Assembly: GCA_965224245.1 (NCBI GenBank)
Contig: OZ245046.1
Location: 5,600,001-5,664,000, forward strand
Direction: 5' to 3'
Length of the DNA: 64,000 nt
Source of the DNA: Candidatus Eiseniibacteriota bacterium
GTDB lineage: Bacteria > Eisenbacteria > RBG-16-71-46 > CAZAMP01
The notes below the pieces were generated by a model, which ran no database searches, was not told where the DNA came from, and was given only the letters and a program-made list of their open reading frames with translations. Below, piece after piece: positions 1-10,251 of this stretch. The position numbers were made by a program, and so were the translations under genes. The first letter of the stretch is position 1. Each line of letters begins with the position of its first letter.

Positions 1-263
1 GCGCCCGCGATGGCGACCGCGCTCCGGGCGACCGTGACGGCGTCCGAGTCACGAGTGATCGACCCGTGCACGAAGCCGAGACGCCCGCTCTTCATCGCCC
101 GGACGGCGATGCCGGCGACGTCGGACTCCTGGATGCCGTCCAGCTCCCCGTCGCGCACGCTCAGCTCGAGGTCGGAGCGATGCTGGACGTAGACGTCTCC
201 GTCGACGCCGGCCTCCTCGAGTGCACCGAGCGCGAGTCGGATGTGATCGCCCGCCTTGCTCAT
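1..263 (-). CDS. PmbA/TldE family protein, N-terminal part (runs off the window edge)
   Basis: ATG at 263 directly follows the TldD stop (264-266). Translated by hand: MSKAGDHIRLALGALEEAGVDGDVYVQHRSDLELSVRDGELDGIQESDVAGIAVRAMKSGRLGFVH..., a typical PmbA/TldE N-terminus; no signal peptide. Confidence 0.8.
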   Translation of the reverse strand, partial: MSKAGDHIRLALGALEEAGVDGDVYVQHRSDLELSVRDGELDGIQESDVAGIAVRAMKSGRLGFVHGSITRDSDAVTVARSAVAIAG

Positions 264-1799
264 TCAGCTCTTCTCCGCGCCGCCGACCGTCATCGACGAG
301 ATTCGCAGCGTGGGCGCGCCGCACGTGACCGGCACCCACTGACCCTTGCCGCACGAGCCGACCCACCAGCCCTGATCGGGTCCCACGCGGTCGATCCGGG
401 AGAGGATCTCGGGTCCGTTGCCGACGAGGTTGGCGCCGCGAACCGGCCGCGTCACCTCGCCGTTCTCGATCAGGTACGCTTCGCGCACGCCGAACGTGAA
501 GTTGCCGCTGGTGGTGTCGACCTCGCCGCCGCCCAGCGCCGCGGCGAAGAGGCCGCGTCGGACGCTCTCGACCATCTCGCCGACATCGTCGGTTCCGGGA
601 TCGATGAAGGTGTTCGTCATGCGCACGAGCGGGGGGTACCGGTACGACTCGCGGCGACCGTTCCCGGTGAGCGGGGCGCCAAGCGACTCGGCGGCGATTC
701 GATCGGTCATGAACTTCCGGAGGATGCCCGCCTCGATCAGCGTGTTCTGGTAGGCGGGCGTGCCCTCGTCGTCCACGTCGAACGATCCGCGGAGATCCGG
801 GAGCCGGGCGCCGTCCACGATCGTGACCCGCGTGGAGCCGACCTTCTCACCGATCCGGCCGGCGTAGAACGACGTACCTCGCATTGCGTAGTCGCCCTCG
901 AGACCGTGTCCGACGGCCTCGTGGAACAGCACCCCGCCGCCGGACGCGAGCACCACCGGCATCTCGCCGGCCGGCGCGGGCCCCGCCTCGCACATGCGGA
1001 CGGCCTGACGGGCGGCCTCCCGGGCGGTGTCGTCGACGCCCTCGGACGTCATCTGCTCGGCGCCCTGACGCAGGCTGTAGCGCGCCTGTCCGAGGCCGCG
1101 GCCGGCGTCGGTGCGCGCGTTCACGTTCACGCTCAGATAGACGAGCGGCAGTCGATCCTCGGCCCACACGCCCTCGGAGTTGATCACGGCGAACCGGCGC
1201 TCCTCGTCGCTGTGCGACGCGCTGACCTGCGTCACCGTGGGGCTGTGGGCCCGGGCGGCCAGGTCGGCGCGGGACAGCCACTCGGCTCGCTCCCCGGCGG
1301 TGACGTCGGTCAGGGACCGCTCGATCCGGACCACGTCGGGCGCGTCGACGGGCTCGAACGTGATGGAGCCGAAGTCCGTCGCGGACGCGTGGGCGATGGC
1401 GGCGGCCCGACGCGCGGCGGCCATCAACGCGTCGGCGTCGAACCGGTCGGTCGTGGCGTAGCCGACGCGCTGGCCATGAACGGCCCGAACGCCACAGCCA
1501 CTCAGGATCCCTTGCTCGATCGACTGCACTTGACCGTCGACGAGGGTCAACCGGGTGGAGATACGGCGCTCGAGGTAGATCTCGGTGAAGGTGGCGCCGC
1601 GGTCACCGGCCGCGGCGAGGACGCGCCTCGCGAGCCCGTCGTCGATCGGGAACGGCTCGTCGATGAGACTCCGGGCCTCGGCGGGGCTCAGGAGCGCATC
1701 CAGCCCCGGCACGAGGCGGGCCAGTGCGCCACCGGCGGCCGCGCCGCCCAGAACCTGCACGAAGCGTCTGCGGGGAATCCCGACCGCTCGGTCGTCCAT
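264..1799 (-). CDS. tldD: TldD-family metalloprotease with twin-arginine (Tat) signal peptide
   Basis: FHEAVGHGLEGD (HExxGH), TGNGRRESY..PPLVRMTNT and C-terminal SCGKGQWVPV motifs. Start taken at ATG 1799 giving MDDRAVGIPRRRFVQVLGGAAAGG...AEA. Confidence 0.92.
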   Translation of the reverse strand: MDDRAVGIPRRRFVQVLGGAAAGGALARLVPGLDALLSPAEARSLIDEPFPIDDGLARRVLAAAGDRGATFTEIYLERRISTRLTLVDGQVQSIEQGILSGCGVRAVHGQRVGYATTDRFDADALMAAARRAAAIAHASATDFGSITFEPVDAPDVVRIERSLTDVTAGERAEWLSRADLAARAHSPTVTQVSASHSDEERRFAVINSEGVWAEDRLPLVYLSVNVNARTDAGRGLGQARYSLRQGAEQMTSEGVDDTAREAARQAVRMCEAGPAPAGEMPVVLASGGGVLFHEAVGHGLEGDYAMRGTSFYAGRIGEKVGSTRVTIVDGARLPDLRGSFDVDDEGTPAYQNTLIEAGILRKFMTDRIAAESLGAPLTGNGRRESYRYPPLVRMTNTFIDPGTDDVGEMVESVRRGLFAAALGGGEVDTTSGNFTFGVREAYLIENGEVTRPVRGANLVGNGPEILSRIDRVGPDQGWWVGSCGKGQWVPVTCGAPTLRISSMTVGGAEKS

Positions 1800-2064
1800 G
1801 ACGAGCCTCTCCACGTCGACGATGCCGGAAAGGAGACGCCAGACTAGCAAACCACCACGCGTGCGTCACGAGCTGTCGGACCCGGCGGGCCTGGCGACCG
1901 GGCACCTTTGCCACTTCGCGGTTTCCTCGCGCACGGTGCGGTCTTATTGTCCTGTTCATTCACGATGGCGCGGGCTCCGAGCCGACGGCGCCGGCAGTCA
2001 ACCGAGACGTGGAGGCGGCGTGTCGAGCCAGGACTTCAGTGAGACGACGGCCGAGGAGGCCGGC

Positions 2065-3033
2065 ATGAGCGGCGTCGTGACCCCGACGGGGGGATCGGCG
2101 CGCGGCACCAACGGAGAGCCGAAGAAAGAGAAGGAGAAGGGCAAGCAGAAGGACGAGGCCTCGCGCAGCAAGGCGAAGGGCAGGGTCAAGAAGAAGAAGG
2201 GCGACGCCAAGAAGCCCAAGAAGTCGAAGAAGCGCGAGCGACCCCACTACACGGCCAGGACTGCGGACAAGCACCGTCTCTACGAGCTGTCGGTACAGTG
2301 TCCCGAGGCGGACGTCGAGTTCTTCGATCGGGTCTTCCGGGAGACGTACGGCCGGCTGCCCGATATCCTGCGCGAGGACTTCTGCGGCACGTCGTTGATG
2401 TGCTGCGAGTGGGTCCGGACCCGCCCCACGAACCGCGCGTTCGGGATCGATCTCGACCCGTCCGTGCTGGCCTGGGGACGCGAGCACAACGTGGCCGCGC
2501 TCGGAGACGACGCCTCGCGCGTCGAGCTCATCGAGAACGACGTCCTGACGTTCGAGGGCCGGAAAGCCGACGTGATCGCGTCGTTCAACTTCTCGTACTT
2601 CATCTTCAAGGATCGCCCGACGCTGCTCGCGTACTGCCGCGCCGTACGGGCGGGGCTCCGGGACCAGGGGCTCTTCGTGCTGGACATCATGGGCGGCCCC
2701 GATGCGCAGGTGGTGCAGGAGGAGGAGCGTGAGCTGGATGGCTTCGAGTACGTCTGGGATCAGCACACGTTCAATCCCGTCACGAACGAGGCGCTGAACT
2801 ACATCCACTTCCGGTTCCCCGACGGGAGCCGCCTGAAGAAGGCCTTCACCTACGACTGGCGTCTGTGGGCGGCGCCCGAGCTCCGAGACGTGCTGCTGGA
2901 GGCCGGATTCCGCGAGGTCGACGTGTACTGGGAGGGCACCGACGGCGACGGCGAGGGCAACGGAGTCTTCACGAAGAGCCGTACCGGGGACGACTCCGAG
3001 GCCTGGATCGCGTACGTGGTCGCGACTCCCTGA
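2065..3033 (+). CDS. Class I SAM-dependent methyltransferase with Lys-rich N-terminal extension
   Basis: RBS GAGGAGG just before ATG 2065; motif-I-like LREDFCGT, then GIDLD and FNFSYF. Confidence 0.8.
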   Translation: MSGVVTPTGGSARGTNGEPKKEKEKGKQKDEASRSKAKGRVKKKKGDAKKPKKSKKRERPHYTARTADKHRLYELSVQCPEADVEFFDRVFRETYGRLPDILREDFCGTSLMCCEWVRTRPTNRAFGIDLDPSVLAWGREHNVAALGDDASRVELIENDVLTFEGRKADVIASFNFSYFIFKDRPTLLAYCRAVRAGLRDQGLFVLDIMGGPDAQVVQEEERELDGFEYVWDQHTFNPVTNEALNYIHFRFPDGSRLKKAFTYDWRLWAAPELRDVLLEAGFREVDVYWEGTDGDGEGNGVFTKSRTGDDSEAWIAYVVATP

Positions 3034-3311
3034 CCCCGCGTGCCGTCCAGGCACGGGTGCCGGCCGGCGGCGGCGACTCGCTCTCGGCGGCACCGCCGTT
3101 CGAATGCCGTCCGGGCTGTACGACGACTCGATCCGGGTGGACGGCGAGCACGACGCCGGGGGCTCGTTCTCCCGGAGGGACCGCCGGAGGTCGCGCACTC
3201 CGGCCACCATGGCCCGAGTAGCCCGGCACGTGACACACTTGTGAGAACTCCGTGACGGCACGCTCGTCGGGACTGCGCTAGACTCCTCTTCACTCCGAAC
3301 GGGAGGGGCGT

Positions 3312-4022
3312 GTGTCCAAACGGGTTCTGATCATCGAAGACGATCAGGAGATCGCCGATCTCGTGGCGATGCACCTGACCGATCTGAGCTTCGAGTGCGA
3401 GCAGACCGGCGACGGTCGCGAGGGTGCCGAGCGCGCGGTGGCCGGCAACTTCAGCCTGGTGATCCTCGACATCATGCTGCCGTCGATGGACGGCTTCGAG
3501 GTGTGCAAGCACATCCGGAAGGAGCGCGAGGATCTCCCCATCCTGATGCTCACCGCGAAGACCGACGAGGTCGAGCGCATCCTCGGGCTCGAGCTGGGCG
3601 CCGACGACTACGTCACGAAGCCCTTCAGCGTGCGCGAGCTGGGCGCCCGCGTGAAGGCGATTCTCCGGCGCACCGAGACCCGGGCCGCCGTGGACGAGCA
3701 CGACGGCGGCGTGATCACGTCGGGTGGCCTCTCCATCGATCTGTCCAAGCGCCGCGTCCGGCAGAACGACCGTGTGATCGAGGTCACGGCCAAGGAGTTC
3801 GATCTCCTCGTGCTCTTCGCGTCGCACCCGGGGCGCGTCTTCAATCGCTCCGAGCTCCTGGACAAGGTGTGGGGCTATCAGTTCGAGGGATACGGACACA
3901 CGGTGAACTCGCACATCAACCGCCTTCGCGCCAAGATCGAGTCCAACCCGGCCGAGCCCACGCTGATCGAGACCGTCTGGGGCGTGGGTTACCGGTTCCA
4001 CGACGAGAGCGACGACCGATGA
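3312..4022 (+). CDS. OmpR-family response regulator
   Basis: Receiver domain (IIEDD, LDIMLP, MLTAK, GADDYVTKPF) plus winged helix (HINRLRAKIE...ETVWGVGYRF). Confidence 0.96.
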   Translation: MSKRVLIIEDDQEIADLVAMHLTDLSFECEQTGDGREGAERAVAGNFSLVILDIMLPSMDGFEVCKHIRKEREDLPILMLTAKTDEVERILGLELGADDYVTKPFSVRELGARVKAILRRTETRAAVDEHDGGVITSGGLSIDLSKRRVRQNDRVIEVTAKEFDLLVLFASHPGRVFNRSELLDKVWGYQFEGYGHTVNSHINRLRAKIESNPAEPTLIETVWGVGYRFHDESDDR

Positions 4023-5497
4023 CGTTCGCGAAGAGTGTGTACGGAAGGGTCGCCCTGACCTTCCTGGGTGTGCTCGTGTTGCTGGGGTCTTTCCAGGTGT
4101 ACGCGACCTACCGGGCGTCGATGCTCTTCGTCCGCGAGACCGATCAGACGCTGAACCGCACCCTGGCCTCGGATCTCGCCGGCGGCTTCGCGCCGTTCAT
4201 GACCGACACGCTCGACCTGGAGGGCATCGCACACGAGATCCACCACCTGATGGTGATCAACCCCCACGTCGAAATCTACTTCCTCGACGACACCGGTGCG
4301 CCGATCGCGTACTTCCCCGAGTACAAGGTGCTGGAGCGGGATCGCGTGGATCTCGAGCCCATCGAGCGGTTCATCGAGAGCGGTGAGGACGTTCAGCTTC
4401 CGTTCCTCGGTGACGATCCCCTCCGCGCGGGCGGGTCGAAGCCGTTCTCCGCGGCCGCCGTGTCCTACGGTCACGACATGTCGGGATACATCTACGTGAT
4501 CCTGGGCGGCGAAAAGTACGACTCGGCGCGCGAGATGCTGTCCGAGAGCGCGATCGTGCAGATGGCGATCCGGTCCGTGGCGCTCTCGTTCCTGGTGGCG
4601 GCGGGCCTGGGATTGCTGCTGTTCGCCCGCGTCACGCAGCGACTCCGATCGCTCGCGACCGTGGTCTCGGAGTTCAGGCGGGGTGATCGTCACCGCCGCG
4701 CCCAGGTGCGCTCTCAGGACGAGGTGGACCGGCTGGCGTCGGCGTTCAACGAGATGGCCGACACCATCGACGCCAACCTCCAGAGGCTCGAGGACACCGA
4801 CCGACAACGCCGGGAGCTGATCGCCAACGTCTCCCACGATCTCCGGAGCCCGATCGCGGCGGTGCGCGGCTATCTGGAGCGGGTTCTCATCCGGGACGAG
4901 GACTTCACCTCCGAGGAGCGCCGTTCCCATCTGACCACCGCGCTGGCCAGCGTGGATCGGCTCTCGAACCTGGTCGGCGAGCTCTTCGAGCTGTCGAAGC
5001 TGGACGCGAAGCAGATCGTCCCCCAGCCCGAGCCGTTCTCCATCGCCGAGCTCGTGCAGGACGTGGCCGTCAGCTTCAGGCCGCGTGCAGAGGAGGCCGG
5101 CGTCACGATCCGCACCGAGGTGGGGGCGGGCATGCCGGTGGTGGTGGCGGACATCGCGCTGATCGAGCGAGTGGTGTCGAACCTGATCGAGAACGCGATT
5201 CGCTACACCGACGCGGGCGGCGAGATCGCCGTGTCCATCGAGCGCGCCGACCACGACCACGTGCTGGTTAACGTCTCGGACACCGGATGCGGAATCCCAC
5301 CCGAGGACGTTCCCCACGTGTTCGATCGGTTCTATCGGGTGGACAAGAGCCGCTCGCGGACCTCGGGCGGCTCGGGCCTCGGGCTGGCGATCGCCAAGAA
5401 GATCCTCGACGCACACGAGACGGTGATCACGGTGCAGAGTCGTCTCGAGGTGGGAACGACGTTCGAATTCCAGCTGCCGGTCCACCGTTCGGCCTGA
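4019..5497 (+). CDS. Membrane sensor histidine kinase (two TM segments, HAMP, HisKA, HATPase)
   Basis: ATGA overlap with the regulator stop; SHDLRSP H-box, NLIENAIRY N-box, DTGCGI, GGSGLGLAI. Confidence 0.95.
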   Translation: MTFAKSVYGRVALTFLGVLVLLGSFQVYATYRASMLFVRETDQTLNRTLASDLAGGFAPFMTDTLDLEGIAHEIHHLMVINPHVEIYFLDDTGAPIAYFPEYKVLERDRVDLEPIERFIESGEDVQLPFLGDDPLRAGGSKPFSAAAVSYGHDMSGYIYVILGGEKYDSAREMLSESAIVQMAIRSVALSFLVAAGLGLLLFARVTQRLRSLATVVSEFRRGDRHRRAQVRSQDEVDRLASAFNEMADTIDANLQRLEDTDRQRRELIANVSHDLRSPIAAVRGYLERVLIRDEDFTSEERRSHLTTALASVDRLSNLVGELFELSKLDAKQIVPQPEPFSIAELVQDVAVSFRPRAEEAGVTIRTEVGAGMPVVVADIALIERVVSNLIENAIRYTDAGGEIAVSIERADHDHVLVNVSDTGCGIPPEDVPHVFDRFYRVDKSRSRTSGGSGLGLAIAKKILDAHETVITVQSRLEVGTTFEFQLPVHRSA

Positions 5498-5922
5498 TCT
5501 CGCGCCGTGTACGACGTCGAGATCGAGCTGGCGCTCGCGAACGGGTGGGGGTCGAACCCTAGGGCAAAAGAAAAGGCAGGAGCCAGAATTCCATCGAGGT
5601 AGGCCGGGATACACTCGACGGCTCTTTGCCCCCGCCGCAAAAGCGAGACTCGTGCTGCCGGTCACCGGCAGTGTGCGTTCAACTCCTTGGACGCCGTTCG
5701 CTCCGAAAAGATGCACGGAAGAAGAGAAAAATACGTACCGGACACGCATGTCTCCCGGGTGAGCCGACCGATCGTTCAACGTGTTTTGGAGCAATACGAT
5801 ACGCGATCACTCGCGAGCGAACACCCGCTCAGGTCGAGTGATCCCCGGGGCGCGCGTCCAGCCCGTGGCGCTCGCCGCGCCGGCATTCGCTCCGCACGGA
5901 CGCAACGTGGCCTGCTGGATCT

Positions 5923-7107
5923 CTACACGCGCTCGAAGAGTCCCGCGGCGCCCATGCCGCCCCCGACGCACATCGTCACGATGCCGTACCGAGCGTCGCG
6001 TCGCATCATCTCGTGGACGAGCGTCGCGGTGAGCTTGGCCCCGGTCGCGCCCAGAGGGTGCCCGAGCGCGATGGCCCCGCCGTTGACGTTCACCTTCGAC
6101 TCGTCGAGCCCCAGCTCGCGAATCACGGCCAGCGCCTGGGCCGCGAACGCCTCGTTCAGCTCGATCAGATCGATCTGATCCAGCGACACGCCGGTCTGCG
6201 CGAGGAGCTTCGGCACCGCCTCCACGGGACCGATGCCCATCACGTCCGGGGCCACGCCGGCCACCGCGAATCCGCGGAACACCACGAGCGGTCTGGCCCC
6301 GATCGCGTCCGCGCGGGCGCGACTCATGACGACGGCCGCGCCGGCGCCGTCGCTGGTCTGCGATGCGTTGCCGGCGGTCACCGTGCCCCGTGCGTCGAAG
6401 ACCGGGCGTAGCCTGGCAAGGCGCTCCAGCGACGTGTCCGCGCGGGGGCCCTCGTCGGTGTCGACGACGTACTCGCGCGAGACCACGTCGTCCCCGACGG
6501 CCGCGGCCAGCGCGACCGGCACCGGGACGATCTCGTCGCGGAACCGCCCCGCCGCCTGCGCGGCCAGCGCGCGTTCGTGGCTTCGCAGCGCGAAGGCATC
6601 CTGGTCGGCGCGGGAGATGTCGTATCGCTGGGCCAGACGCTCGGCGGTGAGCCCCATGCCGAGGTACGAGTCGGGATCCCCGGTCGCGAGCACCGGGTTG
6701 GGAAGGTACCGATCACCTCCCATCGGGACCTGGCTCATCGACTCGGTGCCACCGGCCAGGATCGCCTCGGCGTTCCCGGCGGCGATCCGATCGGCGGCCT
6801 GCGCGATCGTCTGGAGCCCGCTGGAGCAGAATCGGTTCACGGTCATCGCGGGCACGTGATGCGGCACCCCCGCCCGGAACGATGCGATGCGGGCGACGTT
6901 CATGCCCTGCGACCCCTCGGGGAACGCGCATCCGAGGATGACGTCGTCCAGATCGCCGAGGTCGAGGCCGGCTACCCGCTCCACGGCGCCGGTGATCACG
7001 GCGGCGCCGAGCTCGTCGGGCCGCGTACTGCGAAGCTGTCCTCGCGGCGCCTTTCCGACGGGCGTCCGGACGGCGCTGACGATGACGGGCTGTCGAGCGT
7101 CACTCAT
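5923..7107 (-). CDS. fadA: Acetyl-CoA C-acyltransferase (thiolase)
   Basis: [23 protein letters not shown] and MCVGGGMG thiolase motifs. Confidence 0.95.
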   Translation of the reverse strand: MSDARQPVIVSAVRTPVGKAPRGQLRSTRPDELGAAVITGAVERVAGLDLGDLDDVILGCAFPEGSQGMNVARIASFRAGVPHHVPAMTVNRFCSSGLQTIAQAADRIAAGNAEAILAGGTESMSQVPMGGDRYLPNPVLATGDPDSYLGMGLTAERLAQRYDISRADQDAFALRSHERALAAQAAGRFRDEIVPVPVALAAAVGDDVVSREYVVDTDEGPRADTSLERLARLRPVFDARGTVTAGNASQTSDGAGAAVVMSRARADAIGARPLVVFRGFAVAGVAPDVMGIGPVEAVPKLLAQTGVSLDQIDLIELNEAFAAQALAVIRELGLDESKVNVNGGAIALGHPLGATGAKLTATLVHEMMRRDARYGIVTMCVGGGMGAAGLFERV

Positions 7108-7166
7108 GTCGATCTCCTCGCGAGCCCTGGGCGCCGCACGGGGGCGGATCGCCGAGGGAGTGGTCG

Positions 7167-9572
7167 TCAGTTTCGAAGCGGCTTCCCGGTCTCGAGAACG
7201 TGCAGCATCCGAGCCCGGGTGCGTTCGTCGCGGCAGAGCCGCCCGAACGCCTCGCGCTCGCAGCGGAGCAGGTACGACTCGGACACCTCCGCGGGACCGG
7301 AGAGATCACCGCCGCACAGCGTCCAGGCCAGGGCGTCGCCGACCACCACGTCGTACTCGGTGATGAACTGTCCGACGCGCATGTTGTGCAGCCCCGATCG
7401 CAGCGCGGCCAGACCCGGACCGCCGACGACGCGAATGCCCGAACGCGGTCGGGGTGGCCGGTATCCCTGGAGCTGAAGCGCGATCACGGTGTCGCGCGCG
7501 TCCCGGAGGAGGTGGTCACCGTTCATGGACATGCCGTCGGTCGGCCGGAGAAAGCCCAGCTCTCGCGCATCCGGTGCGCTCGTCGACACCCGTCCCATGC
7601 CGAGCGTCTCGAACACCGCGCGCACGAACGGGAACGGATCGATCGCGACCGCGCGTGGGATGCGATCGTCCATCCGGGCCAGCATCTCCTTGCATCCTCC
7701 TCCGGCCGGGATGACACCGGCGCCGACCTCCACCAGCCCGACGTAGCTCTCGGCCGCCGCCCGCACGCGATCGGCGCCCAGGAGGATCTCGCAGCCGCCG
7801 CCGATCGTCAGGCCGCGCGGGGCCACCACGACGGGGATCGAGGAGAACGTGAGCCGCTGCGTCACGCACTGGAAGGCACCGGTGATCTCGTCGATGGCCG
7901 ACCAGTCCTTCGAATCGATCGCCCCCAGGATCAGGGTCAGGTCGGCGCCGGCCGAGAAGGTGTCGCCGTCGTTGGCGATCACGAGCCCGCGGAGGTGTCG
8001 CTCGGCGTGGTCGAGGCTGGCGTGAAGGAGATCCATCACGCCGCGGTTGATCGTGTTCATCTTCGTCTTGAACGACAGCGCGGCGACCGCCTCGCCGAGG
8101 TCGACCAGCACCGCATCATCGTTCTCGAGGAGCACGTGCCCGTCGCGCGCGCGATCGGCGATCGTCATGACGCGCTCGTCGGCCGGTACCGCGACGTGGA
8201 CGCGCTCGTGGGGGTCGAACGCCTCCAGACCGCCGGAGACCCGGCGGTAGAACGATCCGCCGCCGGTGGCGACCGCGCGCACCCAGTCGGGAACCCGCGC
8301 CCCCTCGCGATCCAGGCGGGCGATGGCGTCGGCGACTCCGATGGCATCCCAGGTCTCGAAGGGTCCCATGCGCCACCCGAAGCCCCACTGCATACCGCGA
8401 TCGACGTTCGCGACGTCGTCGGAGATCTCCGGGATCGAGCGCGCGGCGTACGTCATGACGGCGCTCAGGTTCCGCCACAGGAACCGGCCGCCGCGCTCGT
8501 CGGCGTTCACGAGCGCGCGGACGCGCTCCCCGAGGTCGCGAACACGCCCCGCGATCGCGAGGCTCTCCAGCGAGGGCGGGTCGACGGGGACGTAGTCGAG
8601 CGTGGTCGGATCGAGCATCTCGATCACGCGAGCGCCCTTGGGGCCCGTCTTGCGATAGAAGCCGCCGCCCGACTTCTCGCCCAGCATGCCCCGCGAGACC
8701 ATCTCCCGGAGAAAGCCGGGCGGGCGAAGGCGATGCCGCTCGGGATCGTCCGGGAGCTGATCGGCCATGTTGTCCGCGACGTGGACGAGCGTGTCCAGCC
8801 CCACGACGTCGGCGGTCCGGAACGTCGCGCTCCTGGGGCGCCCGATCAGGGGACCGGTCAGCGCGTCGATCTCGGCCACCGTGTACCCGTCCTCGACGAG
8901 CGCGTGGAGGCACTGGACCATGCCGTACACGCCGATGCGGTTCGCGATGAAGTTCGGGGTGTCCTTCGCGTGGACGATGCCCTTGCCCAGCCGCTCCTCG
9001 CCGAAGCGGGCCATGGTCTCCACGACGTCGGGGTCGGTGTCGGGGCCCGGCACCAGCTCGAGCAGCTTCAGGTAGCGCGGCGGATTGAAGAAGTGCGTGG
9101 CCAGGAAGCGCCGCCGGGCCTCCTTTGGAAGCGCCTCGGCGATCGCGGCGACCGAGATGCCCGACGTGTTCGTGCTGAGGATCGCGTCGTCCCGCGCGTG
9201 CGCGGCGATCTTCGACCAGAGCGACTGCTTCAGGTCGAGGCGCTCGACGATCGCCTCGACGATCCAGTCCGCCTCGTCGAGGGCCGAGAGGTCGTCGAAG
9301 TGCCCGACCGTGACCAGGGCGGCGCTCGCGGGGGTGAAGAACGGCGCCGGGCTGGCCTTGGTCGCGCGGGCCAGACCCTCGGCGGCGATGCGGGTGGCGA
9401 CCGCGGGGTCGTCGAGCGACAGGCCGCGCGCTCGCTCGGCGTCGGTCAGCTCGCGCGGCCTCAGGTCGTAGAGCCGCGCCGGGATGCCGGCGTTGGCCAG
9501 ATGCGCCGCGATGGCGGCTCCCATGACGCCCGACCCCATCACGGCGGCCTGGCGTACTCTCGGCTGGGACAT
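7167..9572 (-). CDS. 3-hydroxyacyl-CoA dehydrogenase / enoyl-CoA hydratase (FadN-like)
   Basis: GSGVMGAAIA Rossmann motif, STNTSG, HFFNPPRYL, C-terminal crotonase region (FSAGADL, GGGCE), ends GKPLRN. Start ATG 9572 with AAGGAG RBS. Confidence 0.93.
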   Translation of the reverse strand: MSQPRVRQAAVMGSGVMGAAIAAHLANAGIPARLYDLRPRELTDAERARGLSLDDPAVATRIAAEGLARATKASPAPFFTPASAALVTVGHFDDLSALDEADWIVEAIVERLDLKQSLWSKIAAHARDDAILSTNTSGISVAAIAEALPKEARRRFLATHFFNPPRYLKLLELVPGPDTDPDVVETMARFGEERLGKGIVHAKDTPNFIANRIGVYGMVQCLHALVEDGYTVAEIDALTGPLIGRPRSATFRTADVVGLDTLVHVADNMADQLPDDPERHRLRPPGFLREMVSRGMLGEKSGGGFYRKTGPKGARVIEMLDPTTLDYVPVDPPSLESLAIAGRVRDLGERVRALVNADERGGRFLWRNLSAVMTYAARSIPEISDDVANVDRGMQWGFGWRMGPFETWDAIGVADAIARLDREGARVPDWVRAVATGGGSFYRRVSGGLEAFDPHERVHVAVPADERVMTIADRARDGHVLLENDDAVLVDLGEAVAALSFKTKMNTINRGVMDLLHASLDHAERHLRGLVIANDGDTFSAGADLTLILGAIDSKDWSAIDEITGAFQCVTQRLTFSSIPVVVAPRGLTIGGGCEILLGADRVRAAAESYVGLVEVGAGVIPAGGGCKEMLARMDDRIPRAVAIDPFPFVRAVFETLGMGRVSTSAPDARELGFLRPTDGMSMNGDHLLRDARDTVIALQLQGYRPPRPRSGIRVVGGPGLAALRSGLHNMRVGQFITEYDVVVGDALAWTLCGGDLSGPAEVSESYLLRCEREAFGRLCRDERTRARMLHVLETGKPLRN

Positions 9573-9607
9573 GTGATGACGCTCCTTCGTCGGGTCACGA
9601 GCGGTGA

Positions 9608-10213
9608 TCAGCCCGGCTCCAGCGCTCGGGTCAGCATCCCGGTCAGGCGTTCGGTCCGAGGGCCGATCGCCTCCGATCCACTCGCTCGCTCCGTGTCGGC
9701 AAGGACCCACTCGGTGGCGGCGGCGTCCAGCGCTCCGTACACGAGCTGCCGGGCCGCCGTCGTATCGAGACCGGGGTCGAAATGCCCGGCTTCCTTTCCT
9801 TCCTCGATGACGCGCTCGATCAGGGCCAGGTACGGCGCGACCGCCGCGTCGATCCCGCGCCTGATCAGAGGATCGACCTCTCGCGCGTGCACCTGAAACA
9901 CCCGGGCCAGCTCGGTGTTCTCCGCGAAGAACTCGAGATGCAGCGCCGCGAGCTTCCGGAGCCGGGGCGCCCCCACCCGCACGGCGAAGAGCGCGGTCCG
10001 CGCGTCGGCCAGATGCGTGGCCATGAAACGCTCGACCAGCGCAACCAGGAGATCTTCCTTGCGCCGAAAGTAGAGGTAGATCGTGCCCGCCGCCACGCCC
10101 GCGACGCGGGCCACGTCGGCGACGGTCGCGCGGTGGTAGCCCTCGCGCGAGAACACGTCGACGGCGGCCAGGAGGATCCGGACCTCCTTGTCGGCGCTAC
10201 GCGGGCGCGCCAT
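9608..10213 (-). CDS. TetR/AcrR family regulator (FadR/YsiA-like) heading the fad operon
   Basis: HTH ATVADVARVAGVAAGTIYLYFRRKEDL; lies directly upstream of fadN-fadA. Confidence 0.92.
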   Translation of the reverse strand: MARPRSADKEVRILLAAVDVFSREGYHRATVADVARVAGVAAGTIYLYFRRKEDLLVALVERFMATHLADARTALFAVRVGAPRLRKLAALHLEFFAENTELARVFQVHAREVDPLIRRGIDAAVAPYLALIERVIEEGKEAGHFDPGLDTTAARQLVYGALDAAATEWVLADTERASGSEAIGPRTERLTGMLTRALEPG

Positions 10214-10233
10214 GAGGGGCTCGGGTAAGCATG

Positions 10234-10251
10234 AATGAATGATCATTCATT
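10234..10251. promoter_or_regulatory. Perfect 18-bp palindrome AATGAATGATCATTCATT, probable TetR operator
   Basis: Exact inverted repeat 20 bp upstream of the TetR start. It overlaps a putative minus-strand promoter (TTGACC at 10267-10262, 17-bp spacer, GATCAT). Confidence 0.8.

Noticed and set aside
5541-5563. Minus-strand GGGTTCGACCCC resembling a tRNA T-arm
   Set aside because: No acceptor stem, D-arm or anticodon arm could be built around it.
5562-5672. Cyclic di-GMP-I riboswitch suggested by GGCAAA and GCAAAA
   Set aside because: The GNRA-capped P2 stem and GACGCAAAGC core are absent, and the region lies between convergent gene ends.
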